Origin: Nemertoderma westbladi
Taxonomy: Eukaryota; Animalia; Xenacoelomorpha
NCBI GenBank assembly: GCA_032718475.1
Contig: JAUCBJ010007108.1
Location: 21,406-85,405 of the forward strand
Length of the DNA: 64,000 bases
Direction of reading: 5' to 3'
A program made the position numbers and the translations under genes. Below are positions 31,901 to 46,900 of this stretch, in pieces. Position 1 is the stretch's first letter; the number at the start of each line of letters is the position of its first letter. The notes under the pieces are model-generated. The model did no database searches. It was not told the origin of the DNA and worked only from the letters and a program-made list of their open reading frames with translations.

Positions 31901-34900
31901 AGGAAATCTATAACCAGAATTTCCCCCTTTGGTTGACTGAATGACTTATAAATGCGACAAAAAAACGTGATTGTTTATATGCAAAATACTTAAAAAACCC
32001 AAACTCAGAAAGATTATCAATATACACTAAATACCGTAATGCTTTAAAGTCCATCATACGTAATGCAAAAAAGGAATACTTTAGTATACAATTAGACTGT
32101 AAAAAATCAAATATTAATTTAATCATGGACCATTTAATCAATTTATCATTACCAATTTTTCCGTTTTACTAAAATTGTAAGTAAGTAAGTAAGTAAGTTG
32201 TAAAAATCTTAGTAAAATTGGCGATACCATTATCATGAAATTATACGAAATAATTATTATTTGGTAAATCACAATCACATTTAATAGTGTCTCGGGGATA
32301 CAATCATAAGAGATAGTCAGTCACGTATAGTGGGGTCGCTTAAGGTGAAAATCGTTAATTGCCGGACAAAAGCATGAAAATATGACTATATATGTAAAAA
32401 AATGTGTAGATTAATCTGAGCCTGTGTACCAAAAAAATTGACTACTTCCCTAGCAACAGAGTGACTTTTACATAGCAACCGGGTAAAATTGGTCATTTCT
32501 GTTATTGAAACTCACCATATACAAAAATTACGATTATATAACTGGTTTAGTTTATAATATAAGTCTGTAGACGTTTCCATAGCAACAAGGAGACCTTTAC
32601 CTAGCAACCGCTCTATATTTAATGGAATTATGATTGAAACTTGGGATAATCAACCTGACTAGCAATAGAAGATGGTTAGTGATGACATAGGCGCTGATAC
32701 ACGTTTCCTTAGTAACCGGGGACCTTTCCCTAGCAACCGCTGTATATTTAATGAAATTATGATTGAAACTTGGGATAATCAACCTGTCTAGCAATATAAG
32801 ATTGTTAGTAATAACATTGGCGCTGATACACGTGTCCATAGCAACAAGGTGACCTTTCCCTAGGAACTGCCTGAAATTTAGTGTAATTAATATTGGAACT
32901 GGAGATAAACAGCATTTATAGCAATATAAGATGGTTAGTAGTTATATTGGAGCTGTGATGCACGTTTCCATAGAAACAAAAGGTGAATCATATGTGATCA
33001 ATAACAAGAGCAAGTGCATGTGCATAATTCTGTGCATTTAAACCCAGCCTTCCCACACTTGCAGTTTGTGCAATTGCGCTTTTTGGATGCGCATTTAATG
33101 AGTTCGTGGCACATCGTTGCAGCATCTGGCAGTGAGCTCCAGACGGGATTCCATTGAGTATTAAATACCCAACCGAAATCTGCTGGTGAAGGGAGTATCG
33201 GTTTGTCCTGTGTGCAGACTGCCCAAACGCTGGCTTGATATGTAGCCCGCATCACATGTTGGTAAAGGGCGTGTTGAGTTGGTGGCAAGCGATCAATCAC
33301 GCAGTTGCGTTTGGTGAATAGATCCCATCCCGTCTTGTATTATTTATACTCGTTCTGTTTGATTTTTTGTCATGCATACGTATAATAAATTTTTCCAACG
33401 CTTTGAATTCTACACTTTCGATTCCATATGGGAAGGGATTAAATGGCTGATCGTATACTGCCTTGAAAGTTGATGTGATTTCTGGCATGGCCAACCAAGT
33501 TTTCCAAGCAGTTATTTTGCCAATATTTCTGAAGTGGGACACGGTGTCACAGCCACTAAGGACATGGAACATCAATAAACCCTTTGATTTGTCCTCACCT
33601 AACTTTTGGGATATATTATTCACATTAAAATATTTAAAATGTTTTCCAGAACCGAATGCTAACCATATGTTCAGACTGGGATGATTGGATATTAAATAGA
33701 AGTGAACTCCGATCAGTATTACTAAAACGTCTGTATCACCTGTGCGCACAATGATATTTGTAGCCCCCATTGACAATGCATGCTGTATGTGTATTATAAT
33801 GCGGGTGTCAGCTTCTTCGTGTGAGCAATTTCCCATAATGGTGCCTCGACTATCCTGACAGAGCACATCTTCTTCCAATGTTGAGTAAATATATTTCCCT
33901 TCTGGGTATTTTTCTAGAATAATTGATTTGGATAAGTAGTTGAACAACTCGTTTTTATTATTAGAGTTCCTTAAGAAATCCATCCAATTTGCTGGAATTT
34001 TGGTTTTATCCTTAATGTTAACTTGGTTTCCACTACCACGTAAGTTTCTGATACCCATTTTCAAGCTTTCATGGCAGTATCTGTCAAAAACAAAGTCAAC
34101 CCTGTCAGAATTGTTCAATTCGTGCTTTATATGAGGTATTATTTTATTAGTTAAATAGTCTTGTATGGTGGAACATCCTATAGGTCGAAGGCAATGAACT
34201 ATGAAAGGTGCATCAAAGACTTTAGCATGGAAATACTCAGGGACATCAACACTATATGTTATATCAAAAACCTTTAATATGTCAGATTTAGTCCCATAAT
34301 TGATGTCACCATACTGTAAAAGAGAAGGTGGATAAGGGTGGTTCTCATGAGCAAAGAAGACAGACGGATCTCCTTTTCGGGTTTGATTTGCAATAAAGAG
34401 TTTTCCAAACAATGATGCGTCGGATCGAACCTCAGACATGCGTTTGTTCTTTACATTAGAGAGTCTAGGCGATTTAAAAGTTGGAAACGAGTTGGATTTA
34501 ATGACATCTTTGAACGGCCTTACATTATTAACTAAAACATCAGTTACAAAATTAGTATATTGTTTCTTGCCACATGCTTCAATTTTACTTATGGTATTAA
34601 CTACAGAGTCAGCAGCATATGCTTGACTTGGTATCAATATGAGTTTGTCAGATTTTGAAATAAATGGGTTACCGTGTTCCTTAATGGTAATTACCAGATT
34701 ATTGACATCATTTTGAAATGACTTTTGGAAAGCTATCGTTTCTTCATGGTGTTTTTTATCTGTGAGTTACAGATTTGTTCTTGACTCTATTGTTGTCTCG
34801 AATTTGCCAATCAATCTAGCAAATTCTGGTCCGGCTAAGAGCCACCTTCGAAATCCTGCTTCATTCTCAGTAAGATCAATCACACCACCACCACCACCAC

Positions 34901-37900
34901 CACCACTACCTTTAACTTTTTCATTTTCCTGTTCATGAGCTTGGTCGAAGGGAATAGCTGAGAAACGTCGACTTGACTTCGATGCAACCCAATTTCCTTT
35001 ATTAAACACTTCGAATATGGTTTGTGGGAGAGACTTCATATCTAACAGAAATACACTTACCCATTGACTGTAGTGGTAATGGTCTAAACTAAAAAAGTAA
35101 ACAACTAGAGTCTCTAAACAACTTATGAATAGTTGGAAATTTTTCTCTCTGTGAGCTCGAATAAATACTAGAAATAGCCTCTGAATTCTCAAAATGAAGT
35201 CGTAGAACTGAAAGGTTGGATGCTCTGTTGCCATTAAGTCTCTCCAGTCTGAAAATGAATAACTATCAATGTGATTTGTATTACCATAGCTGGGTTGTCC
35301 GAAACATTGTAAGCATGGATACTATTGAGGGATTGGAAACATGGCCTCTGTTCATGGATGCATGATGTGCAGCCCATGAAACTGCTTGCTCTTTTGAGGT
35401 AATTTCACTTTCTAGAAGATTCTTAACCTCATGTATCCAAGTTTAATTGTCTTATATTGCATTTGTTAACAGATCGGGTGGAAAAATATGATTTGTTAGC
35501 ATGTTTCTACATCTATTTACAGAAGTATTCAAATTCAATGCAGGGAGAACTGTAAATGAAGTGGGAAGTTCTGGTTTTGTGGTTCTAGTTATACGTACTT
35601 CATCAACATGACGTGCCGCTCCTGCATTATTTTCATTTGGAAATTGAGTGATGGAGAGGCCAGTTCCATGAAATGATGACTTTGCTGTGGTTGATGATAG
35701 ATTCACATCAATATTGTCAAATGCTCCAGTTGTAAATAATCCATTACGTAAATTGATAGGGCAAACAATATCATCAATTTGTGCTCGTTCAGCAACAGTA
35801 CATGCAATAGAGTTTTCTATTTGCAATATTCGATCATATGATGAACATATCCCAAGTGAATGCATTTGGTCTATCAATACTTTGAGCCGGGTGGTGCTAT
35901 GAATTTTTAATCCAATATATTGGGGTAATGCTGGTTCCCTCTTTGTACAATGCCGAACATGGAGACCTCCAACTGACTGTGTCCTAGATTGTTTATAATT
36001 ATAAGTGATTAACTGAGAAATTGTGAGTCCTTCCTGTAAAATCTCAGCATCAGTATTAATACCAGAACCATACAAGAGCATTGATATTAGAAGTTGGAGA
36101 TAACGAGGAGATCCATCTATTTGGCATGAATCGGAAAAGGTGTCAGAAAATGATGGAACTTCATGTTGCAATAAATGATATCGACATAGATTTGCAGCTT
36201 TTGACAATATGGATAGATCAGCATCAACATCACGTACTGAAAATGCCGCCATGGTCATTTCTTTCATCGATTCTGGAAACACCAAAATTACATTTTTCCT
36301 ATCAGAAACAACCTGAACATTATATTGTTTGAAATGTTGAATAATGTCATCCTTTAGGTGAGTTTTATTCACTGAGACATAGTATCATTTGACAATAACA
36401 TTTGCGTAACATTTGTAACACGTAACATTTGAAAATCATTCATATCATTTGCCATGTTTGTCAAATTTTGCTGTGCATTTAGCGTGGAATAGTCATGTAA
36501 GTCGCCAGAGTCACCTTCACAAAAGATACAAGCTTTATTATTATGTAACTGGGTTCTTTTCTGCCGCTTAACATCATCATATATATTATTATCGTTTGAA
36601 CTCGCTATACTTTGTGAAGGACGCTGCAATGCTTTCGTTTGTTTAATTTACGTTCCAGTTTGTTATTGCAAAAAACCAACCGACAAGAATGGTGCCACTT
36701 GGCAACATTTCTCAGCAGATAAAATGCCTTGGTTTCTGCACTGAAACTTAATTCGATTGGTAACATTCCAATGTCTCTAAATTGATTGACATTGTCAAGA
36801 AAACGCTCATATATTCCGATGATTTCTTCAGAAGCTGGTGTATTGCACGGGTTATTAAGTTTTTCCGCGGAAGTTTTCTGACATATAATACATTTACTAA
36901 AGTCTAGAAGGGTCTCCATTGATTTACAAATTCGAGGTTTTAGGTTCAACTACTAGTAAACTATTCTCACCAAATTTATAGTATCATGTTTGTAGGTAAA
37001 TGGTAATGAATGTTAAGAATGTTAATGTTAAGAATGTTAATGTTAAGAATGTTAATGTTAAGAATGTCACATTGGTAGTAGTGTAGCGCGTTTCAATATT
37101 ATTCTGCTATTTTTAAAAGCTGTTTTAAAGCTAATACCTTTTGGAGGTATTACGTGGCCTTTTTTGAAATTATAAAAAATTTTATTTTATTTTATAGATT
37201 ATTATAATAATGCTTTAATAATTATAATATGCTTTTTTGGTATTGGTGAAAAAAGAATTTCTAGAACATTTAGTAGATATCAATATTGATGATATTATAA
37301 CAGTTTATAGTGTAATTAAACATCATTTGAGATTATTTGAACATCGTGTGGCGGTACAGTTTTATGAGTCTAAATTCAGCAAAGTGTCGCTGGAAAGAAT
37401 AATAAAATAAAACCCATAAAAAATATAGGGTTGTTTACCAACCAACCACACCTATAAATAACGTAACATTAAAAAAATCCGTTTGAAAGATTTTAAATAC
37501 TTACTATTACTAGCTACTGTAGTAAAAAATCCACTACCTTCATAAAAACGCAAGCTAATTAATAATGTTAACAAAAATTTTTTTTTTATTTTCAAAAAAT
37601 GCTAGCTAGTAAAAAAAACGCAGCTGCTATTAAAAAAAATATCTACTTAAGGTCCTAGAACATTCACCATTACCAAAAAAAACATTGAAAAACACAAAAA
37701 AATTAATGGTTAAAAAAATTGACAGAGACTGTCGACAGGGCGAAGTAGTGCCAATAAATAATAAACCAAAACAAAAGTTACATAATGTGAATTTCGAGGG
37801 AATAAGCAATAACCAGCTCACTAGTACCAGGATGTACTATTCTGTATCATAATTATAATTCTAGAATCGCAAAATGACTGTGACTATTATATTACACTCT

Positions 37901-40900
37901 GATTATTGACCATTTTCCTACACGAATAAAATACAACAGCAGCTACCGGTAGTATTGGTATTATATTTATCTGTGTTTGTTTTCATTATATGCGAAACAT
38001 TCTAGAACGATTTAAGTTATTGCCAAGGATATCTTGTTCCTCTGGCCTCCTTTCTGTGCATGACGATGTTCTAAAACCGTATTACATCTGGGCCTGGCAG
38101 GTGAAATAGTAAAAAAATTTTTGAAGTTGGAAGTACAGTAGTTCTTACAGATTTTTTAGAGAGATATATCCATATTGTATTATAATATTATTATTATTAT
38201 GGGGTCAGCTCCCCGCGTGGCTACATTTTTGGATTTTTAACTGTACTTTTACACTGTAGTTTTATAAACACACATTATTCCCATAAAGTTAAATATTTTT
38301 ATGGAAACGTGTATCAATCAGCTCTAATATAACTACAAATAATCTTATATTCGCCCATGCCGCACGTTAAGAATACCAGGATTTCACTTTTCGGTCGACT
38401 TTTTATTGGAATTTTATATATGACTATTTTTTATTTTTTTAAATTTATCTTTTTTAAGTGTTTTATAGCGCTTATTTATGTCTTATAACCTGTACATATA
38501 CTAATTCGTTTATTGTTTTGGTTTGATTCAGCCCTTCTGTAACTTGTGGTTTTGGTGAAAACCTGGTATACTTCACAAGGGAGTAACTGCAAAGTGAAAT
38601 ATAACAGCAGAAAGTATTGCTATATATTATATATATGCTATTTATATGCATATATTGCTATACAGGTTGGTTATCCCAACATGATCCCAAGATTCAATCA
38701 GAATTGCAGGCAGTTGCTAGGGAAAGGTCACCTTGTTGCTAAGGAAACGTGTATCAGCGCCGATGTCACTAATAACCATCTTCTATTGCTAGACATGTTG
38801 TTTATCCCAAGTTTCAATCAAAATTTCAATAAATATACAGCGGTTGCTAGGGAAAGGTCACCCTGTTGCCAAGGAAAAGTGTATCAGCGCAAATGTCACT
38901 ATTAACCATCTTCTATTTCTAGACAGGTTGTTTATCCCAAGTTTCAATCATAATTACATTACATATACAACAGTTGCTATGAAAAAGTCACCCTGTTGCT
39001 AGGGAAGTAGTCAATTTTTTTGGTACACAGGCTCAGATTAATCTACACATTTTTTTACATATATAGTCACATTTTCATGCTTTTGTCCGGCAATTAACGA
39101 TTTTGCTATATTTCAGCCTTAAGCGACCCCACTAGTAGGGTTATGTGAACTTTAAATGCTCATGACCTTTGAAGTAAAAGGTTAAGAATGACATTATCTC
39201 TAAGTAATCCTCTAAGTTACTAGTAACTTAATTTACTAAAATGCACAAATTTTGGAAAAATGTTGAAAATTAATTTTTTGATGATTATGATGTTAAATTT
39301 AACGGAGATTTCAAATCAGAAAATGGCTTAGCAGTAGCTCTTTTAGTTTTCGAGTTATGACACTTTTAATATACTGTGAACAATAATTTTGGTGCCAATT
39401 GTTTAACTGCAATTTTCCCGGAATCTTTTTTCCAGATTTTAGCAAATTCAAATCCCTACTAGGCCCCCTACTAGGCCCCCTACATCAACAATTATGTGAA
39501 AATTATCTGAAATGATCACTGAATTAATCTAAGACATTATCGTAGAGGATTATTGACTATTATTTACTAGGTACTTAAATTAAATTAATTTTTACTAAGA
39601 TAATAATTTCATGGTAATTTAATCATTTAATCATTTGTATAATGGCCCGTATGCATAAATCAGTGTGGAAATCAATCTCAGTGAACCTCAGTGTGGAAAT
39701 CAATCAATTTGCTTATACGAAGAACTGTTCAACCATCTGTACCGTCACTTATATCAGATAACTCGCGCATATACTCCAATGAAAAAGAAATTGCCAATGC
39801 ATTCAATAATTATTATTTGCACATAGGGAAAAATCTTGACTCGAAAATTCCGGCTAGTGCCGAATCACCAATTGACTATTTAACACCATTACCAAATATT
39901 AAAAAGCTGCTCCAATTTAATCTAATCACACCTGGGAATGTTATAGATATATGCAAAAGTCTAAGTTCTAAAACAAGTGCTGGGCATGACAATCTACCTG
40001 CTTCCATAGTTAAACCCACTGTTGCTGCAATCGCCAACCCAATGGCACACATTATCAACCCATCACTAATTACTGATATTGTCCCCAACAGCATGAAAGT
40101 AGCAAAAGTAATCCCAGTATACAAGGGAATCGTTCCCTAGTTCAAAACTACAGGCCAATAAGTATTTTTAAATATTTTTAAATAAATTAAAAATTTAAAT
40201 AAATATTTTTCTAAAATTATAGAAAAAATAGTGTATCAGCAGCTTATTGATCATTTCAATAACCAGATGCTGCTATCCTCATCACAATATGGTTTTAGAC
40301 GTAAACGATCAAAACAGTTGGCATTACTGGGTGTGGTTGAAAATATCACTAATGCAACGGATAATTCTCAATTGGGGTATCAGTCGATTTGTCAAAAGCT
40401 TTTGACACAGTCAACCACGAAATTTGATAAAAAACTACATCACTATGGGGTCAATGGCACTGCGCTAGCGTGGCTTAAAAATTATTTAGAAAATCGCACC
40501 CAATATGTCCAAAAGGATCTGGTAAATCTGTGATCTGGCTACAATCTCGGTGGGAGTTCCTCAAGGTTATATTTTGGGTCCTTTGCTGTTTATAATAAAA
40601 ATGTAATGATAGAGTCAATGTTTCTAATATTCTGCACTTTATTTTGCTTGCTGATGACACAAATATCCTAATATCAAGTAAAGATTTAGCTCACATAATA
40701 GACATAACGAATATTGAATTGGCTAAACTGTCCAGCTGGTTTCAGGTAAATAGGCTCTCACTAAATGTTAAAAAAACTAACTACATAATATTATTTTCAA
40801 CACCAAATACACTATCTAAAACAAGTAGTATTGCGACCATAGCCTACTATGCGGCCTAACATGTTGTCGATTTGGCCTTAAAAAAAGGGGCCAGTTTTTT

Positions 40901-43900
40901 TTTAACATTAAACAATTCATTGGAACAACGATATTGATGTCAATTATCCGTTTGCCAAGTACGAGAGCCTACTGGTCTAAGAATCTTCGCATTTCGCTAA
41001 TTGCCGATATACTGAACTGAATGTTAATCGATGGGAGGATACACAACCTTCACTTTAACGATAGCTCACAAATTGACAAAGATAACATAGACCGACTTTT
41101 CAAATTCCGCCTAATTCTAGAATCAGTTCAGAAAACGTTTCTTGCGCTTCCTAAGGAATCTGAATTATCCCGTGACGAACAAGTAATACCATTCAAGGGC
41201 CGAAGTACTTTGAAGAAGTACAATCCGAAGAATCCACATAAATGGGGATATGTAATGTATGTTCTTTGTGGGAGTTCCGGAATGGCTATGTATTAGAGTT
41301 TAGTACAGGACAAGTTACGATGGCTACAGATGAGCCAAACATAGGGGCCAGCTCCAGTTACTATGGCTCCTGGTGAGCCAAACATAGGGGCCAGCTCCAG
41401 TTACTATGGCTCCTGAAGAGCCAAACATAGGGGCCAGCTCCAAAACAATGGCTCCATATGAGCCAAACATAGGGGCCAGCTCCAGGTACTATGGCTTCTG
41501 ATGAGCCAAACATAGGGGCTAGCTCCAGTTACTATGGCTCCTGATGAGCCAAACATAGGGGCCAGCTCCAGTTACTATGGCTCCTGATGAGCCAAACATA
41601 GGGGCCAGCTCCAGTTACGATGGCTACAGATGAGCTAAACATAGGGGCCAGCTCCAGTTACTATGGCTCCTGATGAGCCAAACATAGGGGCCAGCTCCAG
41701 TTACTATGGCTCCTGATGAGCCAAACATAGGGGCCAGCTCCAGTTACTATGGCTCCTGATGAGCCAAACATAGGGGCCAGCTCCAGTTACTATGGCTCCT
41801 GATGAGCCAAACATAGGGGCCAGCTCCAGTTACTATGGCTCCTGATGAGCCAAACATAGGGGCCAGCTCCAGTTACTATGGCTCCTGATGAGCCAAACAT
41901 AGGGGCCAGCTCCAGTTACTATGGCTCCTGATGAGCCAAACATAGGGGCCAGCTCCAGTTACTATGGCTCCTGATGAGCCAAACATAGGGGCCAGCTCCA
42001 GTTACTATGGCTCCTGATGAGCCAAACATAGGGGCCAGCTCCAGTTACTATGGCTCCTGATGAGCCAAACATAGGGGCCAGCTCCAGTTACTATGGCTCC
42101 TGATGAGCCAAACATAGGGGCCAGCTCCAGTTACTATGGCTCCTGATGAGCCAAACATAGGGGCCAGCTCCAGTTACTATGGCTCCTGATGAGCCAAACA
42201 TAGGGGCCAGCTCCAATATTATAATTCGATTATGCAGATCCGTTCCACGTCACATGAATCATGGAGTATACTTTGATAATTATTTTACTTCCATCGATTT
42301 ACAAGTTTCACTGAGTTATTCGGAGAACTAGCATTGGGTACAGCGCGATCTAACAGACTGAGGGGCTGAGGGGGTGAGGGGCTGCATGATGAGAGAGGAC
42401 AATGAGATGAAGAAGAGAGGATCTTATGATGAACGGGTTTGTACCGTTGATGGGCAGGAACTTAGTTGTGTCAAGTGGCATTCTATCTTTTCTCCATCTT
42501 CGTTGGAAGCCAACCCGTTGGAACTGTGAAACGTTAAAGTCCTAACGAGTAAATTAGACGTAGATTGTCCCGCAGTAATCAAAGTTTACAATCGACACAC
42601 AGGTGGAGTAAATCTATTAGATTCTCTAATAGGATTGTACAGGAACCGCTTGAGATCCAAGAAGTATTACTTGCGGATTTTTTTCACATTGTTGACCTTG
42701 TAATTGTGGTTGTTACATAGGCGAATATCCAAACAATTAGGTGTTGACCCTGAGTTTGACAACCAAATGGATTTTAAGGTTAGCCTTGTTCGGACGGCAA
42801 ATCAACTGTAACGAAGAGAGGTCAGGTCGCCTTAGTGGAAGCTCACTCGAACCTGTCCTCAAAAGAAAGAAGAGGGGACCAGCTCTTTGTCTGCCTCCAA
42901 AAGAAGTTCGGTTAGACCGTGTTGATCATTGGGCACGGCAATATTGGATGAAGAGAAGAAGAGCCGTGGACGTTGCAAGCTTCCAGGATGTTCTCAGTTC
43001 ACCCCCTTGCTATGTTTGAAGTGCGTCCATTTGTGTCTAAACATGTCTCGCAATTGTTTCCTCAAATTCCGCACAGATTAGTTTGATCCGCCGACCCAAT
43101 TGTGGACTTTATTATTCTTAATGTCTTTTATATACAACTACAACTAGTGAATAAATAAAGATTAATAAATACTGTAATTGTAGCAAATACTGTATGCTAC
43201 AAGGTGTTACAAAACAAATTACATATTGTAGCGAATATGCTACAAGGTGTTACAAAACAAATTACATATTGTAGCGAATATGCTACAAGGTGTTACAAAA
43301 CAAATTACATATTGTAGCGAATATGCTACAAGGTGTTACAAAACAAATTACATATTGTAGAGAATATGCTACAAGGTGTTACAAAACAAATTACATATTG
43401 TAGCGAATATGCTACAAGGTGTTACAAAACAAATTACATATTGTAGCAAATATGCTACAAGGTGTTACAAAACAAATTACATATTGTAGCGAATATGCTA
43501 CAAGGTGTTACAAAACAAATTACATATTGTAGCGAATATGCTACAAGGTGTTACAAAACAAATTACATATTGTAGCAAATATGCTACAAGGTGTTACAAA
43601 ACAAATTACATATGTAGCGAATATGCTACAAGGTGTTACAAAACAAATTACATATTGTAGCGAATATGTTACAAGGTGTTACAAAACAAATTACATATTG
43701 TAGCAAATATGCTACAAGGTGTTACAAAACAAATTACATATTGTAGCAAATATGCTACAAGGTGTTACAAAACAAATTACATATTGTAGCGAATATGCTA
43801 CAAGGTGTTACAAAACAAATTACATATTGTAGCAAATATGCTACAAGGAGTTACAAAACAAATTACATATTGTAGCGAATATGCTACAAGGTGTTACAAA

Positions 43901-46900
43901 ACAAATTACATATTGTAGCAAATATGCTACAAGGTGTTACAAAGCAAATTACATATTGTAGCGAATATGCTACAAGGTGTTACAAAACAAATTACATATT
44001 GTAGCAAATATGCTACAAGGTGTTACAAAACAAATTACATATTGTAGCGAATATGCTACAAGGTGTTACAAAACAAATTACATATTGTACCGAATATGAT
44101 TCAAATATAAATATTGATCTAAAATATAATATTTCGACATTTTATCATTCCATGGTATTGTTTGGCTCATTTATTATCCAAATTACGAAAAAAAATTATT
44201 TGTTCTCTCAAATTCGAAAATCATGCAGTAGAGGGTATGCAGTATTTTTTTATAAAAAAAAACTAGCAAAAACTAGTAAAAACTAGCTAGCTAGTATTAT
44301 AAATTATCCATTTAATCTATAATCTACTTAAATGCAATTTTACTGTATTTAATGTCATGGAAACATTACATTACATTAACATTTGTTGACCATAAAGTAT
44401 TCTTTACTTTTTCGCTCGAATATACCCCAGAATAGGGAGAAAAAGTTTAATTTTTTTCCCTAGGGAAAAAAAGTAACCCATAGGATTGCATTGATTTTAC
44501 TTTTTTCCCGGCGAAAAAAGTAAAGTAAAATATTTTTGGCGGAATTTCTCAAATTTTTTTACATATATTGAAAGAGCATCGACATAGAAAAGGTTTGCAA
44601 GTAATTTGATCAAAATTCATTCACACACTCATAAGTTATTACAACTTTAGTGTCTGCGTGGCGTACTCCAAAACGGAACTCAATACCCAATATTGGTTAT
44701 GTTGTTAAGCGGCTCTCTAATACACGTAATAAATATTCGAGAACACTAAATTATTTAACATTGAGTGATGCAGCATCGGGAGTTGAAGAATACAATAATT
44801 TGAATTTCAGTAACTATGGAAGCAATATAGTTAAATACTACAGTTCAATTAATTTGTAACACTACTGTACTGTATTTTATTAGAGAATTTAGCAACAAAC
44901 CAGTACCAATTTAAGAATAAAATTACGTATTACACGGGAAAAAAAACGTAGAACATTTTTTATTCAATGTTCTCTCGATCCCTTTTTAACCTCGCTGGCG
45001 CTCGGTAAATAAAATGTCTCGATAATAATGAAAAAAATATTCTACTTTTTTCCCCATGTAATTATTATTTGTTGTAAGTCGCTTTTTTTTTTGTCAAAGT
45101 CGTTAACAAGTTTAACAAAAAAGAGCACTTTTTGTGTGAACAAAAAAAGAAATGTTGAATTAAATTTCTAAGTAATAAATAAAACGACGTAAGTGGTGGC
45201 AAAAAGTAACATTTTTTCTCACATTGTTTCTTATTTGTCTCGCTACGCTCGCTAAATAATATCGTTAAATCTATAAAAACAAAAAAAGCCTACTTTTTAT
45301 AAGTCTACTTAAATATTTATTAATTTATTCGCAGCGGATGGATTGTGACACTCACGATGTATAAAGTCAATATCTTTGCAGCGGTCTTTATGACATTCGT
45401 GTCTATAATGTTTACGGTGAATGCAGTCTGCAGCATTCTGCTTATGAGCAAGGTTGGTTATCTTAAGTTATGTTATATAAAATATAAAAAATACAAGGTT
45501 TTTTAAATTCAATAATTGATATGGGGGGGACGAATTAATATATATCAATTTTGAATGGCCTCATCCAAAATGGGGAGAAAATATCGAACTTGCCTACCGC
45601 CTTACAGGTTGTTTTGAAGGACAATTTAATGAAGGATCCTATTGGTGAGCCTTTTCGAAACGTTTGACCTCCCGACTTCATCTTAGGTGATTCAGTATAA
45701 TTAATTCGCTTGCAATCTTTAGCCACAAGCATTTAACAAGCATTTAACAAGCATTTGACAATTTCACAAGCATACTGTAGGCCCTAGGTCTCTCTATGAA
45801 GAGTTATTCTTAAACTCTTAATTAAGTAAACTGTAATTTGATTGTGTCGTTGACATGGTGACGTGAAAAGGATTCAAAATCTGTAACAACATCTAAACTT
45901 GTTTGGAAATAGGTGAGATTGGTTGTTAAAAAGTTGCAACATCTGGTGTAATATCGACTTGTACATAGGCCGGCGATGCCACGGATTGATTCACACTTTA
46001 ATTCTTATTATAATTATTATTTACTAGAATTATCATTTACTTAAGAATTATTTTCTAGTGCACGTGCAGTAATAATGTACAGTATGAGTGTGTGGAGAAA
46101 TGTGTGGCAGATTGAAGAACTGCATACGGAACAGACACCATAAAATAAAACACCGCCCTCATAGGAGATAACTGCCAAGTTTCAACTTCAGCGGATTGTA
46201 CAGTAAATAACAAAATTTTCGAGAAAATGTTCACTTTCAGACATTTCACCCTCTAGAGGTAGACTGGGGAACTGTAGACGATGCTGCAGCTCAATAAAGA
46301 TTGAGCACATGTTGTAGTAGATACCTACCAAGTTTCAATCTAAACGGATTGTAAATAACAAAGTTAGAGAAGATGTTAACTTTCAGACATTTCGCCATCT
46401 AGCGGTAGACTGGGCAGACGACTCTGCGACTTCTTAAAGATACTGCCTATGCAGTAGTAGATAGCTGCCAAGTTTCAGCTCAAAAGCATTAAAAATAACC
46501 AAATAAGATCAAGTTTTTACTATCTCTAGCGGCAGACAGGTGAATTGTAGACGACTCTGCGGGATAGTACTTAAAGTCATATCTGAAAATTCCAATAAAA
46601 AGTCAACCGAAAAGTGAAATCCTGGGTATTCTTCACATGGGCGAAAATAGCTGTATCGGTCAACTGAAGTAGGCCTACACAGTAGATTAGTTGTTTTAAT
46701 ACGACTGGTAGGTGATTCGAGTTTTAAGAAAAATATGTTTACCTTTGTTTTCACTTTGTATCCACATACTGTATTTTGTAGCATTGTACTGTAGCAATAA
46801 AATAGGCCTACTACATTACTATCTTTATTCCTGAAAAAAGTATGATTTTACTTTATAGATTCACGGAGTTTACCGACAATCAGGAGCCAGTTTAACGAAA

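Noticed and set aside
41314-42214. CTGATGAG in each repeat unit suggesting tandem hammerhead ribozymes
   Set aside because: No GAAA core partner or stem III; the sequence is explained as transposase codons (PDE).
41314-44095. CRISPR-like appearance of the 43-bp arrays (also the 41-bp array at 27305)
   Set aside because: Units are contiguous with no unique spacers, no cas genes, eukaryotic context.
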